A DNA stretch of 63,858 bases, the filler included, from Octopus bimaculoides (taxonomy: Eukaryota), in assembly GCF_001194135.2 (NCBI RefSeq). It is 5 parts of 5 records of this genome, joined end to end, with 100 filler letters (N's around TTAATTAATTAA, not from the genome) between each part and the next. Parts side by side here need not be neighbours in the genome. Positions count along the whole stretch, not along the records: positions 1 to 26,199 come from NC_069005.1; 4 more parts are not named here. One strand, 5' to 3'. The notes below the pieces were generated by a model, which was not told where the DNA came from, ran no database searches, and worked only from the letters and a program-made list of their open reading frames with translations. This document shows positions 1 to 12,221 of this stretch, piece after piece (position 1 is the first letter of the stretch; each line of letters begins with the position of its first letter). The position numbers and the translations under genes were made by a program.

Positions 1-269
1 GTGGTGCATAAATTGTCAAGTAAATGAGACGCATCTTTGCCTCCACTGATTCACTTGCAAAGTGTTGAGTAAAATTATTTTGTTGCAGACCTCCTTTGGG
101 TCTTTTTATTATCACTACGACACACATAGTCCCCAGTTGGTAACATTGATTTCAAGGCCCTCCTAGATGAGAGACTGGCATTCCACTTAATGTCTATGTT
201 CCATGCTGGCATGGATTGGAGAGTTATTAATGTAGAAATATGGTATCATAGCTACTAACAGTTGAGGGT

Positions 270-341
270 TGCGTAGTCTAGACGGCGTTTTTAGATTTCA
301 TTATTCTCTTTAACCCGGGCAAAGCCGGGTATTTCTGCTAG
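270..341 (+). mobile_element. Isolated Helitron 3' terminus
   Basis: GC-rich hairpin acccgggcaaagccgggt (313-330) followed by CTAG (338-341) and T. Near-exact reverse complement of 3790-3861. Confidence 0.8.
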
Positions 342-791
342 TATATATATAAAATTTGAAATTCAACCCTTCAATCCAAATAACCATCAGCTATCTGAAA
401 AACTGGAAAATCCTCACTTTGTTCTCAAACATACTGATTCTGTGAAAAACATCTGAGAGGATTTTAAAATTCTAACAGTCTTTGTAAATAAATAAACTGA
501 TGGCTGAAATATAAACACCAGACAAATAATTGGGCTAATCAGTGAGTCATGATTGCCATTTAAGAGACAATTATCATAATCAACTAAAGTATAAGCCACA
601 AAACAACTAGGTGATGAAACGAAATTAACTGACTGGTTTAACATTCCCATTTGACCCTTCACTGCTTTTCGCAGACGCTATTATGCTGGAAATATTTGGG
701 TCAGTCTTAAGTTTGAATTATAGATAATTTTTATATCTTAGATGTATTACATCTTACTGGAGTAACCCTGACACATGGTTTCTTCTTCCTA

Positions 792-952
792 GGTGTAGGA
801 GTGGCTGTGTGGTAAGAAGTTTCCTTCCCAACCACATGATTCTGGGTTCAAGTCCACTGCATGGTACCTCAGGCAAAGTGTCTTCAATTATAGCCTCGGG
901 TCTACCAAAGCTTTGTGAGTGGATTTGTAAATGGCAACTAAAAGAAACTTAT

Positions 953-985
<33 letters not shown>

Positions 986-1165
986 TTGAGACCCACCATT
1001 GCCTTGAAGAATTTTTAGATGAATAAAAACACACCAACATCAGTTGTCAAGTGATGGCGGTGGGGACAAATACAGACACAAAGACACATATACACATGAT
1101 GGGCTTCTTTCAGTTTCTGTCAACCAAATCCATTCACAAGGCTTTGGTCTGTTTGAGGCTATAGG
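792..1165. mobile_element. Two CpG-decayed SINE family A fragments (+ 792-990, - 1020-1165)
   Basis: Alignable by eye to the full copy at 8808-9203 (ggagtggctgtgtggtaag...ggttc head; aaactgaaagaagccc core), with CpG changed to TpG/CpA. Confidence 0.75.
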
Positions 1166-1769
1166 TGAATAACAATTCTCTTTATTCACCTTCCTGTAAC
1201 TTCAGGGTATACCCTGAAACTTCTTCACCATCAGTCTCCTGTTGCAACCAGGGTAACCATGTATCTCCCCTACAGCGACACGACTGTTCCTGTCTCCCTA
1301 TCGTACTTTAATCTCTCCTCACTTGGCATAAAACTACCTCTCTCAATATTATTAAGAATTGTCTAAAAGAAATTCTGAAACTATTTTTGTGTATTGTAGA
1401 AATGTAAGCAATTAATTGCACATAAATTTTAATAAATCTTATGTGGATCTCCAAGGGCCATATGGACCCTGTTTGAGAACCACTGCTCTAGAGGGTAGAT
1501 TATATAGGCAGCAGATAATTCTAAGAATTCCATTGCCCATACCAGGGATATTCTCCTGATCAGTTATTCTACTACTTGTGATGGAGAACAATAGAATGAA
1601 GGAAAACAAGGAGCTTCTGAGGATTCAATTAAAGAGTCTGGTTCCAAATTCCTAGAACGTTAACTGATTGGTGACAGGCACCTAAAGAAGTCCAAAAGGT
1701 ACAACAGCCCAAACACTGTGTCCTACAAAAACAAAGGTGAAGATGCTAGCCTGAGTATATCAATGTGTG

Positions 1770-2040
1770 GATAGCAGAGAATATTAAAATGAAGGAGGAA
1801 GGGGAAAAGAGTTGAGGGGAAGATGTATTGAGAATGGGGGAAGGGAAGGGAGGGAATGGTGAGGAGTGAGTAGGAGGGGGAATGAAGGAGAAGGGTAAGC
1901 ATGAGTAAGGAGGGGAAGTAAAGGGAGAGAGTAGGCATGAGAGAGAAGAGGAAGGGGAATAATGGGAAAGGAAGGAGGAAGAAAAGAAAGCGGTGGTGGT
2001 GGTAGTAGTGATGATGATGATGATGATGATGATGATACTA
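1770..2040 (+). repeat. Purine-rich low-complexity tract ending in (GGT)n/(GAT)n
   Basis: Almost pyrimidine-free GA-rich run. It explains the spurious ORFs 1723-1938 and 1746-2099. Confidence 0.85.
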
Positions 2041-2972
2041 AAGATGGAGTGGATCCAAAATTCTCTTTTCATCCAGTCAAGCAGTGTAAGTCTATACACT
2101 GCCTAACCAGATGAAAAGGGAAAGGAAAAGGGTAGTTTTTTTGTTTTTTTTTAAGAAGGCATGGCTGTGTGCTAAGAAGCTTACATAGCTCTGGGTTCAG
2201 GCCCACTGCATCACACCTTAGACAAGTGCTGACCAAAGCCTTATGATTAGATTTGGTGGATGGAAACTGAAAGAAGCCACTGTATGTGTGTGTGTATATA
2301 TANNNNNNNNNNTATATATATACATACATACATACATACATATATAACAAATGAAAGACAGAAGATGGAATATACGAGAATACATTATTAATCACAACAA
2401 TTGTTTCGACACATCTAGCATCAACTCCTCTTGTGGGACACAGAAAAAACTGGTTCAAGAGTATCCGGTGGTGCAGGCGTATCGCGTTGAGTGACAAATA
2501 AATAAAAACAAAATCTCATTAAAATGACTGTTCCATAATACAACTTACCATTTTGTAGAAAAAAGAAAAAAAACAGCCAGACGGAGGAAAATTCTTCATA
2601 CATATAGAAGATCCAAAAATAAAATTGCAGAAGACAAAAAGAGAAGTGAACACTTAATCCATCAAGAAAAATATTGAAAATAACCGTTAACAGATATGTA
2701 TGTATAAACGCCTTCGGGCAAGATGCATGCATGGCACAAGTACACACACTCATACAAGCATTAGCAAAAACATGAGCATACGTACACGTGAGGTTAGGTG
2801 CACTCATGATTACAAAGCAAGTTAGCTATTTAGTAGGTGTATAGAAGAATGGGGAGGTTTAAAGTATATATATATATATATATATTAAATATATATTTTT
2901 TTATAAAACAAAATTTTATAAATTATATAGTATCTGTTAACAGTCTTAGCAAAAACCTCACAGGTGAGTTTT

Positions 2973-3007
<35 letters not shown>

Positions 3008-3224
3008 NNNNNNNNNNNNNNNNNNNNNNNNNNNNNNNNNNNNNNNNNNNNNNNNNNNNNNNNNNNNNNNNNNNNNNNNNNNNNNNNNNNNNNNNNNNNN
3101 NNNNNNNNNNNNNNNNNNGATACATCGATTATGAGCTCTATTTTTTAAGATATATATATATATATATATATATACTTTAAACCTCCCCATTCTTAATGGT
3201 TTGGCAGAAAAGTACTGTCACTCT

Positions 3225-3520
3225 TGTCACTTACAATGACAAGGGTTCCAGTTGATCTTATCAACAGAACAGCCTGCTTGTGAAATTAACATACAAGTGG
3301 CTGAGCACTCCAGACACACATACTCTTAACGTAGTTCTCAGGGAGATTCAACAGGACACTGAATGCGACAAGGCTGGCCTTTTGAAATACAGGTACAACT
3401 CATTTTTGCCAGCTGAGTGGACTGGAGCAACATAAAGTAAAGCGTCTTGCTCAACGACACAATGTGCTACCAAGAACTGAAACCATGAACCAAATACTCT
3501 AGCCACTGTGCTATGCACCT
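3225..3520 (-). mobile_element. Decayed SINE family C copy
   Basis: Shares the body (aagggttccagttgatc...aacagcctgct...gtagttctc...tgacaaggctg) with 45330-45480 and the reverse complement of 55600-55760. Confidence 0.75.
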
Positions 3521-3789
3521 TGTCAGCTAAATAGACCACTAGAATAAGTATCAGACTATGAGGTATGGGTCTTCTGAAGAAGAGCTACTCCAAAACTCTA
3601 CCACCAACTCCACAATCAAGTTTCAATTACTATAAACAGTTGTTGCAGTTCATTCACATTGCTATAAATAACCTTCATAAATTGTCAGACATGAAAATCG
3701 CACACATATCTCTTTATCTGAAAAACCTGTCCCTGAGAAAAGACAAAAAAAAAAAATTATTCAAGATTCAAACATTTGTATATTATAAA

Positions 3790-5097
3790 CTAGCAGAAAT
3801 ACCCGGCGTTGCCCGGGTTAAAGAGAATAATGAAATCTAAAAACGCCGTCTAGACTACGCATCATCTTTATATATAGAGATGTATATACACACACGTATA
3901 TATATGTATATCAATATAAATATATGAAAGTCAATGAAGTTTCGTAAAAGAAGGAGATCATGTACATACTTTCTTGCTGTTGTGATTATAACACCTCGTT
4001 GTAAACTATGTTCCTTGTTTTCCCTTGTGGAGCATATACAAATAGGTTTTTTTTTGCTGCCCACTCTTGAGCAGCCAACATACAGTTGTCCATGTGAGAA
4101 GCAGGGCTCTTCCAAGAGAAGACCAGCTACAGACATTGTTTGACCCTGAGNNNNNNNNNNNNNNNNNNNNNNNNNNNNNNNNNNNNNNNNNNNNNNNNNN
4201 NNNNNNNNNNNNNNNNNNNNNNNNNNNNNNNNNNNNNNNNNNNNNNNNNNNNNNNNNNNNNNNNNNNNNNNNNNNNNNNNNNNNNNNNNNNNNNNNNNNN
4301 NNNNNNNNNNNNNNNNNNNNNNNNNNNNNNNNNNNNNNNNNNNNNNNNNNNNNNNNNNNNNNNNNNNNNNNNNNNNNNNNNNNNNNNNNNNNNNNNNNNN
4401 NNNNNNNNNNNNNNNNNNNNNNNNNNNNNNNNNNNNNNNNNNNNNNNNNNNNNNNNNNNNNNNNNNNNNNNNNNNNNNNNNNNNNNNNNNNNNNNNNNNN
4501 NNNNNNNNNNNNNNNNNNNNNNNNNNNNNNNNNNNNNNNNNNNNNNNNNNNNNNNNNNNNNNNNNNNNNNNNNNNNNNNNNNNNNNNNNNNNNNNNNNNN
4601 NNNNNNNNNNNNNNNNNNNNNNNNNNNNNNNNNNNNNNNNNNNNNNNNNNNNNNNNNNNNNNNNNNNNNNNNNNNNNNNNNNNNNNNNNNNNNNNNNNNN
4701 NNNNNNNNNNNNNNNNNNNNNNNNNNNNNNNNNNNNNNNNNNNNNNNNNNNNNNNNNNNNNTATCGAAATGGTGTACATATACATGTATATGTATACATA
4801 TACATCTCTTCTCTTTCTCTCTCTGTGAAAGTATCTGTCACTACAGTATCGAAATGTGATTGTTTCAGTCAGTGGAATAGTTTCATTTTTAAAGTGAAAG
4901 TATTTGACATGAGTGTTTTTGTTTCACTTTTGACACGTAATACTTAAATAGTGGAGGAGATATTATGTTGCCGTGTGCTCGAACTCTGCAAGAAGTTAAT
5001 AATTTTTTTTTACTAAAACACAACTGGAACCCTAAGTAAGGCATGTGTAAAATTTGGATGAAATTGGTTGCGTAGTTCTCGAGTTTTAGGGATTCAC

Positions 5098-5128
<31 letters not shown>

Positions 5129-5158
5129 GGCACACATTCTCATTTTTATATATATAGA
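3790..5158 (-). mobile_element. Non-autonomous Helitron with both termini (contains an N gap at 4151-4761)
   Basis: Minus strand starts A|TCTATATATATAAAAATGAGAATG followed by (TCTG)n at 5158. It ends with the hairpin at 3801-3818 and CTAG|T at 3790. A|T target with no TSD, and it carries a helicase remnant. Confidence 0.85.
3986..4148 (-). pseudogene. Helitron RepHel PIF1-type helicase C-terminal remnant
   Basis: Translates QGQTMSVAGLLLEEPCFSHGQLYVGCSRVGSKK, then after a frameshift in an A-run NLFVYAPQGKTRNIVYNEVL*. This is the canonical PIF1/Helitron motif VI and C-terminus. Confidence 0.9.
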
Positions 5159-5669
5159 TAGATGATTAAATTTGCTCACCACAAGTATTTGAAGTTCACT
5201 CTACCACCTGTCAATTTATTCAAACACCTTGCATAAAGATTTACACCTCATACCTAGTGCACACATACACATGCATGCCCCCCACACAAAGATATAAACA
5301 TACATGCACCAATCCTCACACACAGAAATCTAAACACAAATACGCATACCTCAACACAAATTACCATTACCACTATTATCATTTCATATCTGCATTCCAA
5401 GCTGACATGAGTGGGTCCGAATTTGATGCTATCGCCTGCCTAAGCAGGATAGAAAGAACAACACCTTGCTCGTACTATGAAGAGTCGAATACAATGTATG
5501 TAATGTATGTACTTTGTGTTTTCCACATTTAGAATCAGTATAGTATTGTGTCAATGTGTTATAGGAGGTGGTTAAAATGATTGATGACAGGAAGAAAGTT
5601 CAATCATAAAACCCTGCTTCACAAAATTCCTGCAATTCATACCAACACAGACATGAAATATTGTTGCTG

Positions 5670-5845
5670 TACTTATTAAATTAGCAATTTTGCTGGGTGG
5701 TTGGCATTAGGAAGGACATCCAGCCGTAAAAACACTGCCAAAGCAGACACAGAAGTCTGGTGCAGGCTCCTGTCTGGCCAGCTCCTGACAAACCGTCCAA
5801 CCCATGCCAGCATGGAAGGTGGACTTTAAATGATGATGATGAAGT
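5670..5845 (+). mobile_element. RTE-type LINE/SINE 3' tail fragment (family D)
   Basis: ggttggcattaggaaggacatccagc...ccaacccatgccagcatggaa followed by (ATG)n. Related copies at 10480-10620 (-), 15040-15160 (+) and 60958-61260 (-). Confidence 0.7.
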
Positions 5846-6468
5846 GGTTGAATATTCCACAAACCTGTGTGTTGTTAACATAATTCTCAGGTAGACTCAG
5901 TGTTATGTATGTGACAAAGATGACTTCAATTATTGGAGCAATCTATCTGACAGTCTTCCATACAATTTCTATCTGAGCAATTTCATTCACAGAACTTGTG
6001 CTGATTCAAGGCTATGGTAAAAAGCACTTGCCCTAGATACTACACAATGACACTTTTGTATGGGCCCTTATAATCTATTGCAACGTAAAATACTTTACCA
6101 TTCAGACATACCATATATTTCAAGCAACCCTAACCAACCACGACCATCACTGGCAAGCAAGTCTGACTTGGTTGCATGTACCATGCTTTCACTGTTTTTT
6201 TTAGGTGCCTATTTAGTCATGAGCAGACATAGATGTTCTCTTTCTCTCTGCCCTCACACCATTGAGCCAGCAGAACAACCAGGACTTGAGAGAAGGAGGA
6301 AGGAAGGGTTACACCAGCAATGAGTTAATACTCATTACAGGTGAGGAGATTAAAGAAAGGGGAAATCAAGTGCCTTAAGGACATGACATGCCACTCAATA
6401 TGAAAACTGAACCCATAATCTTAAGGTTATGAGCACAACTCTAACCACCAAGTTACAACCATATAAAC

Positions 6469-6878
6469 CAGTGGTTCTCAATTATATTTTGCCTATAGGG
6501 ACTCCTTTGATCCCTATTTTTACTTGGGGGTCGGGAAGCTTATTAGGAATTGTATAAAAAATGTTTAACCCTTTAGCATTCAGATTACACTTTCAAATGT
6601 AATGGTTATTTGTTTACATTGTTTTGAATTAATCATACATTATCTCACAGCTTTCAAATTTTGATCATATGATTGTATATTTCTTTAATAACATTGTAGG
6701 GTAGGTGCAGAAGGCCAGATCTGGCCAGTTTGAGCATAAAACAGCTAAGAACATTTGGGCCAGATATGGCTTGTTTAAATGCTAGAGTTAAATATTTTGC
6801 GTAATGTAGAAAATATAATCAGTTTATGGTACATAAATTGAGGCAAAATTTTATATGGACCCCAGTTAAGAACCACTG
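6469..6878. mobile_element. hAT-like MITE
   Basis: TIRs cagtggttctcaa / ttaagaaccactg, with a degenerate 8-bp flank match (atataaac / atgtaaga). Confidence 0.65.
6569..6787. mobile_element. piggyBac-like MITE nested in the hAT MITE
   Basis: TTAA on both sides (6565-6568, 6788-6791). TIRs CCCTTTAGCATT / AATGCTAGAG. Confidence 0.6.
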
Positions 6879-7788
6879 ATGTAAGACAATTATAAACTCA
6901 CAATGTGTCTCTGGAGGTCAGCGGTCATAGCTGGAGACAATTCTTTCTAGAATAAGTTGAAGAGAATTTGGATGTTTGAATTTTAAATCAAAGAGTAAAG
7001 GAAAATAGTGTACAGTTACATGTTGGTAGCCATGTACAACACTATTTCATCTGTCTCTGGAATCATCAGCATGGCATAACCAAAGGCAAATAAGCTTCAT
7101 CAACAATACGAAACAGGAGTAATCTCATTGTTAAAGGATTAATAAACTCCAAGTTTTGTTAACCTGCTCTTCTCATTCATTTAGAACAACATCATTGCCA
7201 TCTGCACTCAATTCAAATGGATAAACAAACGAGCTGCTACATGGTCATTTGACCTACAAAAAATAGCAACCAAATCTCCCTCAAATCACACTCTGTGATC
7301 TTAAACAAAAAAGTAGGATATACTGGATGTAAAGAAAAAAAATGAAAAAGAAAAAAATGGATGGTTTAAGCTGGAATACATTTGATTCTAAGTGTCTCAC
7401 AGCAGGGATGACCTGGGGTTAAATGACAACAATGCTTAATTCAACAAGTTAACGAAGGAGTCTCTACATGGTCATTCAATCTGCTAGAAATCCCAACTGA
7501 ATTTCCTTAAAAGAAAAGAAGAAATCACAGCCTTTTTGATTTTAAACTAAAGGATTTGATGACAATGTAGTCTCAGATATAAAATGACAACACAAATACT
7601 CATAACTTGGCAGGAATTATTTTTCTACAAATTTGCTCTAAACAACAACAACAACAACAAAAACAATAACACAGCAAACTCATGTTCCCATGCTAAACTT
7701 GTACTACTTTGTATGAAACAACAGTTCTCCGAACTAGTATCCACAGATCAGCAAGTAGTGCAGTAATTGTTACACACTATAAATGCAG

Positions 7789-8068
7789 CTAAAATGCAGT
7801 AGCAGTAGTAGTAGCACCACTGTCATAACCACAAAATCTCTTTCCTCGCTTCAAGGCATCAAGGTGGTATAGAAGATCACAAATGGACTCAGTTGTTTTT
7901 GCTCCTATTAACATTGAACCATATTTTTTTATTTCTTTACTACCTTCACTAATTGGTAATTTTAATTGAAATATGTTTGCAACAGGTGTAACACTAATTA
8001 AGGTCATTAAACAATTTCTTAATATACCTATACACTTCATATTTAAACTGCTAGCATGCCTGAGTCGA
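7789..8068 (-). CDS. Candidate (possibly terminal) coding exon of an unidentified host gene
   Basis: 93 open codons after the acceptor aaattacag|: RLRHASSLNMKCIGILRNCLMTLISVTPVANIFQLKLPISEGSKEIKKYGSMLIGAKTTESICDLLYHLDALKRGKRFCGY... Non-repetitive, helical-looking sequence, and the plus-strand frames are closed. Family not recognised. Confidence 0.4.
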
Positions 8069-8807
8069 CTGTAATTTCATGCATCACTGATTTAGAACAA
8101 TGTCTATAAAGCTGTTGTACTTATTCAGCAAAACAAATTATTTCATATTGAAGAAAAGAAAATTATTTCTTGCAACAGACTCAATACTGGAAAGGGGAAC
8201 CACTGATTAAATCAACTAACCCCAGCCACCCCAATCCATCCCATTATTGGTTTCTACTTTAGTTTATTGACCCTGGGAGGATGTAAGGCAAAGTTGATCT
8301 CGGCGGAATTTGAAATCTGACTGTGAACGGGGGTTGTAACTAAAATATGCCAAAGCACTCTTAAATAAATGTTAAAAATTCAGCATCCATTGGACATCTA
8401 CCATGAGCAAGGCCCTTTTGAGAGGATTTGGTAGATTCATGTGCACATAAGTGTTTGTATGAGTGAGCTTGTATTTCCCTCAAATTTGCTGGTTTGTAAA
8501 CAGCTTTTCTGATCATGTCATTCACTTGCAGTCCACCACAAAAGCATGTCCAGGCTTCTTTGACATGTCCTGACATGTGCAATCCTTCTAAACAAAGGTT
8601 CATTCAACTGGAAGCATTTGTTTCTTGCTCTCTGCATAAAACACATCTGCATTGTTTGTTGTTTAACAGACAGAGAGACTATTTACCTTGCTTGTAAATA
8701 AATGGGACTGGCAACAAGAAGGGCATCTGATTGTAAAAGAGCTCTGCTCTGACATACTTTCAACTTAACCATGACAGCAGGGAAAAGTAAACAGCAGTAA
8801 AAGTATA

Positions 8808-9203
8808 GGCGCGGGAGTGGCTGTGTGGTAAGTAGCTTGCTTACCAACCACATGGTTCTGGGTTCATTCCCACTGCTTGGCACCTTGGGCAAGTGACTTC
8901 TACTATAGCCTCGGGCCGATCAAAGCCTTGTGAGTGGATTTGATAGACGGAAACTGAAAGAAGCCCATCGTATATATGTATATATATGTATGTATGTGTA
9001 TATGTTTGTGTGTGTCCCCACAACATCGCTTGACAACCGATGGTGGTGTGTTTACGTCCCCGTAACTTAGTGGTTTGGCAAAAGAGACCGATAGAATAAG
9101 TACTAGGCTTCCAAAGAATAAGTCCTGGGGTCGATTTGCTCGACTGAAGGCGGTGCTCCAGCATGGCCACAGTCAAATGACTGAAACAAGTAAAAGAGTA
9201 AAA
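8808..9203 (+). mobile_element. Full-length tRNA-head SINE family A
   Basis: A-box/B-box-like head (tggctgtgtggtaag...ggttcattcc), central (TA/TG)n, 3' hairpin cagtcaaatgactg and an A-rich tail. Confidence 0.9.
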
Positions 9204-11659
9204 CAATGATGATGGTGATGATCTCCATAAGATCATTTTCCATGAGAAATGTAAAGTGTAAGGTTTCAATCTATGTACTGTGTTGGAGAATAACAAAATA
9301 AAGAAAAAGTGGCTACGGGGATCCACCAGAATAAAATATTGATCAAAGGGGTCCATAGAATCATCACTCTAACCCAAATGACAAACTTATAAACTGCTAC
9401 AGATTGTGGACAGTGTCATTAATTAACCACACTTCTCATGGTCAATTAAATTATCAAACTCTCCTAATGACAAAAAATAACAGTTTATTTTCCATACATT
9501 TAGAAATCAGATGAGAAATATTATGTCAATGACTTCTAATTAATAACCAGTGTCCAAGCAAATTCATGTGCAGGCATGGCTGTATGGTTAAGAAGCACAC
9601 TTTGCAACCATATGGCTTCAAATTCAGTCCCTTGTGCAAGCATCTACAACAGCTCCAGAATGGCCTTGTTATGCCTTGTTAGTGAATTTGGTAGATGTAA
9701 ACAGTGTGAAAGTCTAATGTATATTTTATGCATGCATGTGTGTGTGCATTTGTCACTTACCCCACCACTTGACAACTGGTGTTGGTTTGTTTATATTCCT
9801 GCAGTTTGACAAAAGGAACTGACAGAATAAGTGCCGAACTTTAAGAAAATACCAAAGTACTGGTGTCAATCTATTCAACTAAAACCCTTAGTGGCAGTTC
9901 CTCAGCATTGCTGCAGTACAATGACTGAGACCAGTAAAAAATTAAGATACATACTAGTTTTCCAGCTTTTTCCCATCCAAGGGGTTTTGAATCCAATAAT
10001 ACATTGCAAGCTAGCATTTAATCCTTTGAGATTGATATTAAGTCCTCATTAATGATCTAATTATTCAGTACCCTAACATTTACTTTTTAAATGCATACAT
10101 TCTCACAGGTCAGCATAAAACATCTAATTTGATCAAAATTGAACAGTTGATGTAGTGTAACTGCTTAACACATCAATCTGAATTACACCAGCTCCTTTCT
10201 GAGTTTTCTCTATCCAAGGGGTTTTGAACCCAATACTTTTATAAGTTAGTATTCACTGCCTGATACATCATTAATAAAGATAAATTTTCTATGTTGTACA
10301 ACAAAATAATATACTAATATTTTTGGCAGTATGTCTCCTCTCTTTCTGTTCATCCATCCCTATGACATGCATCAAAGAAACACTACCTCTCTCCACACTT
10401 TTTTTTTTTTAAACACTGACAGGTCATTTAGTTAGCTGAATACTGAATAGAAATGTATATTATAAGTAAAACCACCACCACCACCATCATTTAATGTCTA
10501 CTTTTCAATGCTTATATGGGTCAGATGGAATTGGTTGAGGCACATTTTCTACAACCAGATGCCCTTCCTGTCTCCAACTCTCACCTGTTTCCATGTTAGG
10601 TAATGTTTCCCTCTGACCAGAAGATATTTTTCACAGAAGACTGGAAACAAATATTGCTTGGATGACAGCAATGCATATTTATGACCATGATGTCTAAGAT
10701 AAGGGTACATGCAAACAACACACGACAGGCTTCTTTCAGTTTCCTTCAATCAAATCCACTCACAAAACTTTTGCTTAGCCCAGGGCTATTGAAGAAGATA
10801 TTTAACCAAGGTGCCACATAAATGGGACTAAACCTGAAACCATAAGGACAAGAAGCAAGCTTCTTAACTACACAACCATGCCTACCTCACAGCCACATCC
10901 ATGCCGATATATAATGTGTATTATATTTGATTAATCTGTTTAAATACAGGTTGCACCAACTATAAATCATCAGTGAATATTCCACAGGGAACCAATACTA
11001 GACAATATTGTAGTCCCCACCCCACCCCACCAAATATTTCTTCCTACAGATTTATATGTAACAATCTTAAGTTACTTGATCCAAATGGTGTGTATGCAAA
11101 CATAAGTAAATGAAAGAATAAACAAGTTGAGGAAGGAACAGATTGGAAACTCTAAATGTAATGATAAACAGCCTAACGGGACACATGGAAATGTACTTCT
11201 ACCAATGAAGATGACCCTGTTTCCAGGTCAGTCCAATAATGACTGGTTCAAACTGTTAAAAAGGTTTCAGCCAGCTCCTGTGCTAAATAAGAGTAAAGCT
11301 GGCAAGAAGGTCACACATAGAGAGTGCTGTTGTGTTATTTAAACCAAAGTCAACTGATTAAGCAAGTGGACTTGGTTAATCTGTCACTGAGTTCTATAGC
11401 CCCCCACCCAGTTTTCATATGCCTTTAATAGCTTTCATTATGTTGTAAGCATTTGGGGGCCAGGCCCCCAGATTGAAGAAACTCACTCCCTTCTTCCTTC
11501 CAGCCTGAGGTCCTGAAAAATATGAGTGTGGCCCTTATTTTCCCAATTAGGTGATTAAAAAAAAAATCTGAAGAAAATGGTATACAATGTGACATCTAGC
11601 ATGGGTGACACGAAAATGTTTATTTCTAACGAAGTCAAATTTTAGATAACCCTAAAAAT

Positions 11660-11701
<42 letters not shown>

Positions 11702-12114
11702 AAACGGTTTCTCTCACGCAGCTCATTATCAAACATGGGTAGCATGGAGGAATGTATATACACATTCAAATTGTTATCTTATTCATGTTCGCATCTGGTT
11801 TGTATGTTAGTATGAAGCAGATGGCTCTAGCGGGAAGCACAGCATTTTCTAGGATATAGTAACTCAGTTAAACTGCAATAAAAAACGCCACAGACAAGAA
11901 CAGAATTCTGTGCATATTCACATACCTATATATAGTTACTATGATTAAGCAAGAATATTTATTGACAGGGTCTTCAGTTTTGGCCAGCTAAGCACTTGAA
12001 ACATTGAAGTTGCATGTGATATATATATATTAAAAGATACAGATAAAGAAATAATTTTATTCTCAGATGCATGAACAGGATAAACTATCCATATTTTGCA
12101 GAAAAATCTGTCAG

Positions 12115-12187
12115 TGGCCAGCCATGAGACTTGAACTCACATCCCTGTGATTATTGTCAAGTGCTTTACCATTAAGCTAAACTGCCC
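12115..12187 (-). pseudogene. tRNA-like sequence (tRNA pseudogene or solitary SINE head)
   Basis: GGGCAGTTTAGCTTAATGGTAAAGCACTTGACAATAATCACAGGGATGTGAGTTCAAGTCTCATGGCTGGCCA folds acceptor (one mismatch), D (GCTT/AAGC) and T (GTGAG/CTCAT) arms. The anticodon arm is defective. Confidence 0.55.
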
Positions 12188-12221
12188 GAATGACAAATTC
12201 TGCAAATTTAGGATATATAAA

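Noticed and set aside
7690-7791. Run of in-frame TAG codons after the 7789 ORF as A-to-I stop-recoding sites
   Set aside because: The downstream peptide degenerates into a (TGT)n repeat and there is no transcript evidence, so chance in a UTR or intron is more likely.
8361-8603. 80-aa ORF with a KHLCAHES...KGLAHGRC segment as a host exon or LINE zinc finger
   Set aside because: The ligand spacing does not fit C2H2 and there are no convincing splice sites. It may be an old RTE remnant but this cannot be supported.
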